Origin: Podarcis liolepis
Taxonomy: Eukaryota
DNA: 64,000 bases
Assembly (NCBI GenBank): GCA_965112155.1
Contig: OZ218107.1
Direction: 5' to 3' (one strand)
Shown here: positions 49,317 to 62,300 of the stretch, one piece after another
Layout: each line of letters opens with the position of its first letter
Numbering within the stretch: position 1 is the stretch's first letter
Made by a program: the position numbers and the translations under genes
Notes under the pieces: model-generated
Database searches by the model: none
What the model saw: only the letters and a program-made list of their open reading frames with translations
Told to the model about the DNA's origin: nothing

Positions 49317-52254
49317 TAATATTTGGTACTCTTTGCTTAAAATGTGTCTCAAAGTTCTCTTGATTGAAAGGTACTCATCACATGACAGGGCCTTGTCAGC
49401 AGTCTCTGTAGGCAGAGTCCTTGCTGGAGCTCTTATTATTCTTGTTATTCTTTGTTTAATAAACAAAGTTGGTTTACCTTGGGTTTACCTCTTGGTTAAA
49501 TAATATGTTTATAGCAGTACTGCAGACTATGCTGCCAAACTATTTCAGATAATTATTAGTTGCCCTGGGCTCTTGTTCACCTGAATAAAATGTCATTGCA
49601 GAAGTGCATTTAGGTATGTGATGGCGCTTAAATAAGTAGGAACACATTAGGTAATAAATAACCAACTAAGTCATATTTAGGTAGACCTAAACTGAGTGAT
49701 TATCACTAACATTGGATATCACCTGTTGACATTAATGTCCAGCTATGTGAAGGATTTTTAATGGAGTGACCTGATATTTATCTTTGTAGAGAGTTGAGAT
49801 AGCATTAATGTTGTTCCCTTGTTTTTTCAGCTCTGAAAAGCAGCACTAAATATTTAATAGACTTATGAAAACCATCAATATTTTTTTTTACAGGTAGAAG
49901 CTTAATAGAACAGCTCTGCTTGAGAAAGGAGTTTAGTATAAGACTGACACCTTTATTCTATAAACCCTAGATGTCTGGCTTGGTTCCCATAACTTAGTGT
50001 CCTCCTTCCTTGCATCCCAATTTATGGCCCCTTTCTGGTCACCAGGTGTGATTCATCCATCCTCTTTTGCAACTTTCCTTTAGCAGTGCTGTGTTTGTCT
50101 GCATCTCTTCCTCTTTGTCAGGTCTTGAAAGCAGTTGCTAAGGAATGCTCCATAGCAACCAAAGGCAGGAAAAACCTGCCCACCTAGTTCAGTTTATTTA
50201 ATATTCAGCTATTTATGAATAAGTTTAGTGAGCTGTGCAGGGGTGGGAGGGAATAGGTAGGAGGAGTGGGCTGGTGATCACGCAACGCATTAGACATGGC
50301 TGCCTATTATTTGAGAGGAGAAAGAAATTCTCATATAACTGCCTTTATTACTTTAGTCTGAAAAGGACCTTGACAATATGACTTTCTCCGATACATATTG
50401 TCTTTCACATTCCATATTGGAGTACTCTGATGGAGTACTCTTGTCTGTGACAATGGATTTGTTAGTCTGCAATCCTAACCCCACAAACCTGGGAGTAAGC
50501 CTCATTGAATTCTGTAAGACTTACTTCTGAGTAGACATCTGAGTATTGTATCTATTTAGATACACTATCCTTTGCAAAAGTCACAGGGCAGTTTATAACA
50601 GGCAAATTGATAACGCAATGCATAAAATCCATAAAATAAAACAATCCATATAAGCACATAACAAATCACTGTAGTGCAATTGCTAATAGCAGCAGCAATC
50701 AGGTCCTTCCCTCTTCAGGCACCTGCTAAAAAAGGTGCAGCTGAACTATCTGCCAAAGGTGAGGCCAAATGCACCTTGATAGGGAGGGAGCTCAACATAA
50801 AAGGAGCTGCCACTGCAAATGCCTTTTTCCACATACCTCATCCTGAGAAGAGAGCACCATGAGGACTCATCTGCTGATCTTGAAACATGGGCAAGCTATT
50901 ATTCAAGAAGGCATTCTTGCAGATATCTGTGTCCCAAGCTGTTTAGAGCTTGCCTGGTGCCCTCATTACATATCTTTAGGTGCCAGGCGAAAACATTTCT
51001 CTATAACCAGGCCGTTGGCTGATTAACATTCCATGGCCTTTTAAATGTGTGTGTGGGATGGGGATTATGGATTTGTTGTTTGGTTTTTGTTTTATTATGT
51101 ATTTTGCGCTCTCATTTTGTATTTCTATGCTATGATCTTCAGATGAAAGGCAGTAAACAAATTTTAGTAATAATGATGATAATAGATCTTCATAGGAGTG
51201 AAAAAGTGTCTCTGTATATGAATTAGGACTGAGCCAAAAATGTCCATCCAACATTGGTTTAATTTTCTGCAGGTTTTTAAAAAAACTTTTCAAATGATGT
51301 TTCCGACAGTCACCTCAAAACTTTAGATAGTTTTCTTCCATGTTGTAGATACTGCTGAGGAGCCAGGCAGGCAGCCCCAAAATGCAACAGAGCCAGGGAT
51401 TAGTAGAATGCTGCAAAATTGATTTATGAACATGATAGTCTAGGCAGCCTTGGACTACCATATTATTTATAATAATTTATGTAGTTCTTTGAACATATAG
51501 GGTTCTCTAGAATTTTTTTCTCATTCTTTCCTTGGAATAGTTCCTTGAGATTTCCTGGTCTGAAAAATGGAAATCAAGCCCAAGAGTAACTAGGCCACCA
51601 TACAAATCCCTTAGTGACCAAGAGGTCTTCCAGTGTAACAACATTTTGATAATGTATTCAAGTTGTGAGGAAATGCAACTTCTCAAGAAAGTTGTTTTCA
51701 CTTCTTGCTGCTACTCAGAGTGAAAGTGACAGGTGAGAAAACTGTATCGAGAAAGTGTGTTCAAATATCAAGAAACTTGAACAGGTTTTCAAATTTAGAA
51801 ACAAAAGAATTGTCACTGCTCATCTTTGTGAACGTCTGTTTGACTTGTTTCTTGCAGTAGCCTCCAACGTGGAGATTCTGAACCATTTCAGTCCCGGCAA
51901 TGTCTGCTTTTGCTTGGGAAAAGCAACAGGCAGTGAACCTCTGAGGCCTACTGTGTCAGGTTTGTATTCATATTTGATAGTAAACACCAGTAATGGGGAA
52001 CTGTTGGCCCCCCAGGTGATATAGGACTGCACCTCCCATAATTCCTAGCCATTGGTTGCAACTGTTGGGCGCTGAAGTCCAGCAGTGTATGGAGGGCCAC
52101 AGGTTTCCACCCCTGGCATATACCAACTACTAGCTGTCAAGGGAAACCTGTGTAGGGAACACCATATATTATTTTTACAGAGACAGTCAATGGTGTTAAC
52201 ATTTCTCTGGAAAGGTTGGAGTTGAAAATCTGAAGTCTAATGTTTTACATTGTT

Positions 52255-52333
52255 TGTGTGCTGTAAGCTGCCCAGAATGGCTGGGGAGACCCAGACAGAT
52301 GGGCCGGGTATAATGATGATGATGATGATGATG
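52255..52333 (+). mobile_element. LINE/SINE 3' tail fragment (second copy at ~56175-56240)
   Basis: gc(t/c)gcccaga..ctgggga..cag(a/c)cagatgggc.gggtat followed by a simple-repeat tail in both copies. Confidence 0.6.
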
Positions 52334-53329
52334 AAATGGACATAAAGTGTCATGATGACTCCCTTAGCTAGACTTGTGTAACTGAATCGTTAAATTAAAT
52401 GCTACCATATCCTGCTTGTCAATACTTCCATCTTCATGCTTTAATTATAGGAAGCTATACTCATTCTGTTACTTTTAATTTAAAGCTTAACATTTAGACC
52501 TGCCCCATAATGCTGGAAAACTACACCAGCGGCAGTTTAAGTGCTAGGACAAACATAATGCAAGAGCAGACAAAATGTGTGCTAGGACAAACATATACAT
52601 GCAGGCCTTGCTATCTGTACACTTACTATCTTAAAATTCACTTATCTACATATAAAGAATTATGCCCAAACTTCATTATATGCACTGCAGATTCAGATAT
52701 CCGAACATTTGGTTTCCTTATTTCCTTGTTTGTGCTTTGCTGTCTGGAGGCAGCCGTTTTCAGACAGAAACAATGGACAGAGGGAGATGGGAGCAGGAGA
52801 GATTGGATAAATTTGTTTGTTTTTATTTGTCTCTCTTTTGCTGATGGACTGCAGCCATTTCAGGAAGAAACCATGGAGAAATGGGGAAAGGAGATCAGAC
52901 ACATCCTGCATTAGAAATATTTCCAAAAGAAATAATGTAAATCGTGGACTTGTTATGTGAACTCTCGCCTAACAAACGGTTTCCCGGGAACACATTGCCT
53001 TTGATAAGTAGGGCCTGCATGTATATATTACACTAACCAAGATGTAAACATACCCAGGGTTATTCTGTAAAGATAGCTGGGCAGACATTTGAAGTCCAAT
53101 ACTTCATCTCCTACACTTGAATGGATTCCTTTATGCGTTGACTTCTGACATAGAGTTACTCTTGGAACATAGAAATAAGTTTATTTGGTAGGGATTGATT
53201 TAACTAGTGTTGGTTCTGATTAGAGAGCAGCTAACTGTGAATAAACTATACTTGTTATGCATAGTTTGTTGGTCCCAAGATTAATTGCTTTATTCTTTCT
53301 GTGTTATGCCTGCATCTATGTTGTAACAG

Positions 53330-53392
53330 GGCAGTGACCTTCTGAAGAGTAAAATAGCCACCATTGCCCACGTTCCACTGCCACCATGTCAG
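53330..53392 (+). CDS. SGSM3: SGSM3 exon 2 (5'UTR plus ATG TCA G; coding from 53386)
   Basis: aacag|G acceptor, Kozak-consensus GCCACCATG, CAG|gtaag donor, in-frame upstream TGA. Confidence 0.88.
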
Positions 53393-56300
53393 GTAAGCCC
53401 TTAATCAATTATTAGTAATTTTGATACTTTATCAAAATCCTTCCAGTTTTAAGAAAAGACCAAGCCAACCATACCAGTGTTGTTAACTTTATTCCAGTTA
53501 GCTACATGTGTCATGTAGTGTTTTGAAACTTCAGAGAGGCTGCTCATCAGATTGGACACACAGAATCACAGGCATCTTTTCACTTACTTTTCTCTAGCTC
53601 TCAGACAGAAAACTCAGTTAACACTACCATATTTACAAGAACAGAATATGTAAATCACTGACTTGATCCAGATTTTTGAGTGGAAGGCCATTTGTTCCCA
53701 CCTTTCCCTCCCTATTGCAGTCCCTTTTGCCCCCCAAAGCTGCTAAGGAGGGATGGAGTATGGGAGATTGCAGTAGATGGGGGAATGCACAATGAGGAAG
53801 AAGCTTGAATGTGTCAGTGGTTGGATTCTTGCAGTTTCTCCCCTCCCGCTGTGTTCTGTACTCCCTCCTGTGCCATTCTAAAGGTATCCCTAACCCTCCC
53901 AAGCAACTTTTGGGGATGGGTCGGAAAAGAAAGGGGAACAAAGGCCCCATAGTATGAGTAGCTTTTCTGCTTGCAGAAAGTCTGGGTCTGAGTAAAGATC
54001 TCTAGCAAGGCCATGACTGGTTTACAATGCCCCTAACTAATACATTAGGAATACTTTCCTGGTTGCCAATAAAAGAAGACAGTAAGAAGCTGTGCTGAAA
54101 TAAGTGTATTTAGAATTTAGCACTTCAAAGGTTTGAGAAGAATTGGGCTTCACATGGTATATTCAGAGGAATTTTCCATCTGTTCCCCCCACCCCTTCTA
54201 GAACAATAGTTATTCCCATGCTTGTGAAAAATGAATTTAATCCTACATACATATCTGAGTTACTTGGGCTATCCTGCATAATTCAGTTGCTTTTCCATGT
54301 TTCCATGTGTCCACAGTTTGCTTATGGTGATTTCTGGACTTTTAATAGCACAAAACTGGGGACAGAGTCTCGTGAAGTGTTTTAGGACTGGCTAATCACA
54401 GAAGTGTTAGTGTGACTTTCCTGTCCCTTGTGTTCCATTGTTGTGTATGTTTGTAATGTTTTTACATATAGGAAGCTGTACCCCTACTGCTGGTGGGCCC
54501 TTCTCTGCTCTCACACCCAGCATATGGCCTCAGGAGATCTTGGCAAAATATGCCCAGGTACTACTATAAGACAAAGTGAAATAATAAATATTGCACCTAA
54601 TTTCTCTTTCATTGTTGAATAGTAAATAGTAGTGTACATTATGAATGTTTGTATGTGTCTTCAAGTACCCTTCTAGGCATTTGTGGCAATTAATTGCTGG
54701 TTCAGCAGCTGCATTCATTCTAGCATGAATGGAGCTCCCAGGTAAATTGGCACTGCTGGCAAAATCTGATATAGAGACTGACTCTAATAGTTTATTAGCT
54801 GGTAACCTAAACACAAATTATGTCTGATCTTGCATTATGTCTTACATTTGGGTAAAGAAGCCAGGGTATAAAATACTTCTGGTGGCTGTGTATACCCTTT
54901 TAAAAAGACTGGGTAGTGGAAGCCACGCTCTTGAGACCTTGCCAAAGGTTTCACACATGAATAGCCTATAAATTTAATTAGAAGTGCATGTGCCTGGCAC
55001 AACATATAAAATGAAAAATCAGCTGTGAAACATAGAGTCCATTGGGATAAAGGCTGCCAGGAAGGAACCCTTACACTGATAAAATAAATAAGACTCCAGC
55101 TGAGCAGCTGCTTGCATGATAGGCACTGTTATATGTACAACTGCTTGGTGATGCTCAAAACTCGTATTCAAAGGCAACAGGGTTAGGCTGACAAATGCTT
55201 TCTGGGGCCATCTGGATTAACAGCAATCCCCAGGTTGAATCAGGAATTCTGTGGTAGATCTTTACATCCAAAAGAAACTGGGACAGCTTTGGTACTAATC
55301 TTAGCATGTTAGACTTTGGGACAATATTGTGCTTAAGTGGTTTAAACAGTATAGAATTCGAAGTATTAATTGTGTCTAGACTATAAGAGTAGTTGTGAGA
55401 AGCATTGCTAAGGATGCACACACATGGAGAAGCATAAATGGGAGCAGTATTTCCTGTGCATACAGTATATGTACACATAGAATAATATGTAGACTGAGCC
55501 AATGAGTGACCAAATCATCAGTCTGTAGGATTTTGATGCCTTTTAAATAATGAGAAGGGGTTAAGGTTGGGAGAAGCAAGGCAAAAAATCTCCAGTGGAA
55601 GTTATTTATATAGGCTATAAGAGTACAGCACAAATGCATAGAGTGCTCCCATTTTTATTTTGGATGCCTGCAGTGTGTAAAAGTGTTGTACCACCTAGTG
55701 GCAAAGAATGGAAAGCAATTCTTTTCTTCGGTTTTCCAGAAAGAAGAATCTGTTGAACAGCCAGAGTTCCGGTATGATGAATTTGGTTTCCGAGTAGACA
55801 AAGAAGGCAAGGCCTTTTATTTCTGTGGTGTAACTTGTGACAAGATCTCCCTGGGGCTCTGCTTCAGAAGTCACTTATTCCCAGCAGTCCCTTTCCAACT
55901 CTTGATTCTGGTGGTGCTTTGAAAGCAGTTGACCTCTAAAGAAATTAACTTCAGGCTTTACTAACATGATAACATTCTTGGTAACGTGTCATTTAGGAAC
56001 AGTGCACATGTATGTAAACAGCAGCTTTTCCTTCTTGAAAAGACATGGAGGTGACAACCAGGATAGGATCAGGGTGTTGCTCATATGTATTTTAAAGCTG
56101 TAATCCATCTACATGTTTGTCTGGGCTCAAGTTCTTGAAACCAGCAGAGTCTGAAACCCTGGACAGCTGCTGGAAGCCGCCCAGAGTAACTGGGGAAGCA
56201 CAGCCAGATGGGCGGGGTATCAATAATAAAATTATTATTTGTGTACATTGTTTTCAGAAGATTTAGTGGTATAGAAATCTATATGCAGATAATAAATTTT

Positions 56301-59300
56301 AGGACAGCGAGCCACTTTAGGCATTTCATATGAGCCAGAATACAAATGTTCAAATGGAAAAGTAAACACCTTCATTTCCCTGTTTGAATTTCAACTGGCT
56401 GGTGCCCACATACCTCATAAGGGACTGTCAGAGTGGATTTTTCAACATCACCAACGGTGGTGGTCTGTGCATGCTTTGGGATCAGAATTGGAACTTGGTT
56501 ATACACTTGCCCAAGCATGCACAACTGAATTCTTGACTCTCTAGATTGTAAAGTCCAGCTTTTCAAGGAATTATTATTTTTCAGATTTAGAAGGCTACTT
56601 GCTACTTTCTTCTCCACACCTAAAGCTGGTGTTCTTTGCTACAGATGGCGCGGAGCCAAACTCTAGCAAGCTCTTGGGGATCCCACTGGTTGAAGAGCCA
56701 CAGCACAGGCTGAAATGGCAGGCCCACTTGGAATTCACACACAACCATGACGTGGGGGACCTCACCTGGGACAAGATAGAAGTCACACTTCCACGTTCCG
56801 ACAAGCTGCGATCATTGGTGTTGGCTGGCATTCCTCATAGCATGAGGCCACAGGTGAAGCATTCCTGGTTAATCATGAAGGGGAGGAGAGCTTGCTGGTG
56901 AGGTTTCCTGTCTTAATTATAAAACCCTTTCTTTCCTTCCTTCCTTCATTCATTTCACCCAGCTGTGGATGAGACTGTCAGGTGCTCTGCAGAAGAAGCG
57001 AAATTCTGAAATGTCGTATCGGGAAATTGTGAAAAACAGCTCAAATGATGAAACCATTGCTGCCAAACAAGTGGGTACTTTGGTTAGTTCTTGGGGCTCA
57101 AGAAAGGGCACTCTTATCAGGTGGGTGGAAGAAAGGGAAGATTAAGAGCAGCGATTGAGAGGAGGGGGTTACCCACTCAGTTTCTCGGAGTTGGTAGTTC
57201 TCTTCTAGTGCTGAAAATGAGCTTAGAGGGATTGGCACACAACGTTCCTCCTGATATTGGCCAAGAAAGGATTTACTACCACACATCACCTCTGTGGATT
57301 TAAAGTTTATGTAGAACAAAGAGGGGTGGGAGTGTTGCACACTTGCTGCCATCATGCTAAAAGGAAAAGAATAAAATCTTCAATCGTTAGAAAGTAGGAA
57401 GTTTTGAGGTCTAGGTACAGAACTTTGTAAACCTCTCTCTCAGCCAGCACAAATCTTCTTGCCACTCAGCAGCAGCTAATTACCCTTTAGGTATAGAGTT
57501 TGCATAAAATATTATTCTGTTGATGCACTAACATGTATTCATGAGGCGCTTTGCTCAGACTCTTGCTATTGGATATAAACACTGAACAAAATGTGAAGAA
57601 GTAGTCTGGAGATTACTATACATGGTTGTGTGTCTTAAGCTCCAAATAGCACCACTGAGTCCTAACTTTTAATCCTCAGACTCTTAGGGCAGATTCACAC
57701 CATACATTTAAAGTACATCCAACACGCATTTAATGCACATGACTTTCCCCAAAGAATCCTGCAAAGTGTAGTTTCCCCCTCATAGAGGCACGATTTCCAG
57801 CATCCCTAACAAACTATAGTTCCCATGAATGTTTGGGAAAAGCCATGTGTTTTAAACATGCATTAGATGTGCTTTAAATATATGAGGTCCATCTGCCCTT
57901 AGATTAATGAGTGATTCTCAGCCCATTAAGGACAAACACCAACAACCTAATGAAGGGGACAGGACTTTGTAAAACTAGTAGGGAAGACGAGGCAACTTTA
58001 TAAATAAAGCAAAATGGGAGATGCCATTTATAGCGCTGTGAGTGCCTCCTTCAGATCTCATCATACCTTTTGCAAGGTGCATATAGGCCACTAAAGTTGA
58101 GCCTTCCTCCCCCCCCCCATTGTAACTAATTCTGTCACCAGTCGTTGGAAGGTACCGTATTTTTCGTCCCATAGGATGCTCCGTCCCATAGGACGCACCT
58201 AGTTTTTTGGGGGGGGGGGGATAAAGGTAAAATTTTTTCCCTTTATTTCCCCCCCAAAAGCAGGTCGAGGAAACAGAACCAGGTCAAGGAACAGCGGGAT
58301 GGCGGCGCTGCGCCTCCCTGCTGTCCCCTGAGCTTGTGGGGGTGGCCGATGTCTACCTTGCGCGAGGAGCGCTCTGCATCAGGGCGCCCCCCCTGCGGGG
58401 CGGCAGGCTGCTATCCGCAGCATGGGGAGCCTTGCGGGGAACTCCTGCAAGGCTCCCCATGCTGCGGATGTCTGCCTGGTGCGGGGGCGCTCTGCTTCAG
58501 GGCGCCCCTCGCGCTGGGCAGCAGGCTGCTATCCGCAGCCTAGACATCCCTGCCGGACCTCCCGTAGGGCTGCCTAGGCTGCGGATGTGTTCCTGAAGCC
58601 TGGAGAGCGAGAGGGGTCGGAGCGCACCGACCCCTCTCGCTCTCCAAGCTTCAGCAAAAGCCTGCATTTGCCCCATAGGACGCACCCAGATTTCCCCTTC
58701 ATTTTTGGAGGGGGAAAAATGCGTCCTATAGGGCGAAAAATACGGTAAATATTTTTTTGCTTCAAGTAGACAGGAAGAAAAAGAAGCATAGAGTAGAGGC
58801 ATCCAAGACAGACTTTGGAACTTGGCAAGGCTTCTGAAGCAAAAGTCAACCCTTAAAGCAGGCTTTGGTAGCCTGGCATCGTCCAGATGTTTTGGACTGC
58901 AGCTCCTATCATCTCTAGCCATTCTGCTGGGAGCCGAAGTCCGATAACATCAGGAGAGCACCAGGTTGAGGAAGCCTGCTAATAGGCCCTCTCACAATGG
59001 CACCATTGATACTGTTTGTGGAAGTCAGGGTCTCATCCAGGCTGCTTTGGCGGGGGGACTGCTAGAATGTGCATTGGCACATAAAACCCAGTACTATTTG
59101 GTACATTTTTATCTTGAGCGTGCAGTAAGAGATGTGCTGCTTACTCACTTTGAGCAGTTCACTTCAGGTTGCAGGTGAGGCCTTATACTGAATGGATGGA
59201 AGTTTGCATGCTCTTTGTGAGGCTTCCATTCTGAGGTGAAATGGAAGCCTCAGACTACAGGCCTACTTTGTGAGGGTGCAAAGAATGTAAGGACAGCCCA

Positions 59301-62300
59301 GGGGACTAGAGAAAGAAAAAAGAAGATGGGGAAGATAATTGCTAACTGAGTCTAGAATGCTAATCTGTGATACTTGATTTCTGTTAGATTGAGAAAGATT
59401 TGCTCCGCACCATGCCCAGCAATGCCTGCTTTTCCAACATGAATAGTATTGGAGTGCCGCGACTACGCAGAATTCTCCGGGGCCTGGCATGGCTGTATCC
59501 CGAAATAGGCTATTGTCAAGGCACTGGCATGGTAAATAAACCTCTCCTATTGTTGTTATATGTGAGCTGTTATTGTTTCCCTTGGGAATCTGCTCACAGC
59601 AGGTGAGAGGAATTCACAGGTACCTGTACAGGCAGCAACATACTTTTTTTTATCCAGTAGAAATAATAAAATAAGTTTACTGCAGAGGTGATGACACCAC
59701 TAAACATAATATATTACTCCGGCCAGGAGTAGGATGACCATGGTGAGTTTTTGCTAACACTCAGCTGTAAGCCATAAAGTAGCCTGTTTCAGGTATAGCC
59801 ACTGTAACTTGGAGAACCTCCACATCCTCAGAAACAGCCACCAAGAATTGGAAGTAGGGAAATGGAGATTCCTGCAGTCATCTGTGCAGTTAGATATCCT
59901 ATATGTTTCAGCAGGGGGAATGTGCCATTTTCAGCAACACCCCCCCTTTGCCCATGTAATATTCACTGCAGCTCGAGGTCTTTGTGATGGGGAGAAATGA
60001 AGGCCGTTTGAGTGGCAGGGCTCACCAAAGGCTCTTGAGCTACCTCTGACTAGCAAAGTTATTAGCACCATAGGTTAGAATCAAAGTTACTTTATGAACT
60101 TATGCTACATTGCTCCCTATTCATAACTCTGTTTAGAATTTATTTAAATCATATGTAAGCCAGCCTGCAGCACAAGCTCCCACCTTGGCTCACATTGAGA
60201 GAGTGGCCCACAGTTATGCAGTGGAAAACTGGCGGACAAGTCAGTCTACAGATACTAACCCTTTAGGAAGTGCAAGTAAGGGTGAACTGGAGGCGGTATC
60301 ACTCTGTACACCTGAGGACATCCATTCCAACAAGCTAGAAATATCAAAAGCAGCAGACTGCTCTACAGAATTACCAGGCCCAAGGGTAATTTAATTCTGG
60401 GGATGCGTGATTGCCTGCCTGACAAAAATGCTCTGGTTGTTTAGGAGATGGAGAATTAAATCAAAAGCTGCATCCAATGAGGAAATGTAGTTACGAGTGA
60501 CTTCAGTTATCCTCGCATAGGTTGAATCAGTGTGTGTTCCTGTAACAACAAAAAAGTACAATTACTAGATAGACTAAATGACTGTTCCCTCGAGCGGATG
60601 GTCATGGAGATGACCCTGCACTTAATTTTAAGTAGTATTCAGGGCCTGTTGTGACATATAAGTGTCGTTAAACTGCACTATAAAATTCAGCATATATATT
60701 CGGATGGACAATCGCCAAAAAAGTTTAGCACAGTCATGTTTGATTTTGTAGAGAAAACTTAGGGGCGGGGAATATAAGACTTCCTTCAGAAAATGGAAGT
60801 TTCGTATAAATGAGAACAAAATAAGCACAAACTTGGAAAAAGAAATGATAAGGGCAGCATTCCCTTCTGATCAACCTTCCAGGGGTGAAATGTCAATAGT
60901 GGACAACCAACTGTGCAGAGCAACGAATGTGCACTGTTCCTTTGTGTGGTAAGCTGCTTCCTAGACACACCCCTCTCTACCCAGGCAGGCAAGTATCATA
61001 GTTCAGGGACACATTCCAACCAAGCAAAGGGACTTGAGGAGGGTGCAAAGCAGGGCTGGTAGGGATGTGGTCTGGGGATTGGAGGGCCACAGTTGACCCT
61101 GAGCCCAAGGATCCTTCTCCCTCCTATAGAAGAACTTTGGCAATTACAGTGGTGCCCCGCAAGACAAACGCCTCGGAAGACGAAAAACTCACTAGACGAA
61201 GGAGTTTTTCGTTTTCTTAGCCGCTTCACAAGACGCATTTCCCCATGGGCTTGCTTCGCAAAACGAAGCTTGCCCCGCAAGCTCCGGGGATAGCGGGGAA
61301 GCGCAGCGTGTCTTCCCCGCTGTCCCCGGACCTCTTTTGAAGCAAGGGGCAGCGGGGAGAAGATTGCTTCTCCCCGTTGCCAGCCCCGCAATCTCCGGGG
61401 ACAGAGGGGAAGGCGCGCGCGCCTTCCCCTCTCTCCCCGACCCCTTTTGAACCAAGGGGCGGCAACGGGGAGAAGCAATTCTCCCCGCTGCCCCTTCCCT
61501 TGCTTTAAAACAGGTCCGGGGACAGAGGGGAATGCACGCGCACCTTCCCCTTTGTCCCCGGAGATTGTGGGGCAGGCAACGGGGAGAAGCAATCTTCTCC
61601 CCTCCGCCCCTTGCTTCAAAAGAGGGGACAAGGGGAAGGCACACACGCGCCTTCCCCTCTCTCCCCGGACCCCTTTTGAACCAAGGGGCGGCAACGGGGA
61701 GAAGCAATTCTCCCCGCTGCCCCTTCCCTTGCTTTAAAACAGGTCCGGGGACAGAGGGGAATGCACGTGCACCTTCCCCTTTGTCCCCGGAGATTGTGGG
61801 GCAGGCAACGGGGAGAAGACCGCCCCTTGCTTTAAACAGGTCCGGGGACAGAGGGGAAGGCACGCGGCGCTTCCCCTCTGTCCCCGGACGGTCTCCATAG
61901 GAACGCATTGATTGATTTTCAATGCATTCCTATGGGAAACCATGCTTCGCAAGACGAAAAACTCGCAAGAAGAAAAAACTTGCGGAACGAATTAATTTCG
62001 TCTTGCGAGGCACCACTGTAAGCAGTATATTAATAGCTCAAATAAATAAGTTTTCCTGGAGTCACAGAGGTTTCCATTATCCCATTATTAACCTTTTACT
62101 GAAACTATGAGGCTGCTTTGCATCCTCCTCCTCATCTAATATCCTGTTCTCACCATGGCTAATTACTTTCTATCCCTAAAATTCTGCTGCTGTGAGGGAG
62201 GGCACCAGTAGGCTGTTATAGATGCTTTTCAGCTTATCTCCATGTTTTCCTCCCCTTCTAGGTAGTCGCTTCCTTACTTCTTTTCTTAGAAGAGGAAGAT

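Noticed and set aside
41470-53392. ADSL-SGSM3 read-through fusion suggested by close tandem spacing
   Set aside because: ADSL exon 12 (phase 0) spliced to SGSM3 exon 2 is out of frame with the SGSM3 ATG, and the SGSM3 frame has an upstream TGA; nothing in the sequence supports a fusion protein.
60996-61908. Long ORFs of 232 and 238 aa on the minus strand
   Set aside because: They are translations of the GC-rich palindrome array inside a MITE: repetitive peptides open in several frames, with no transposase or other domain.
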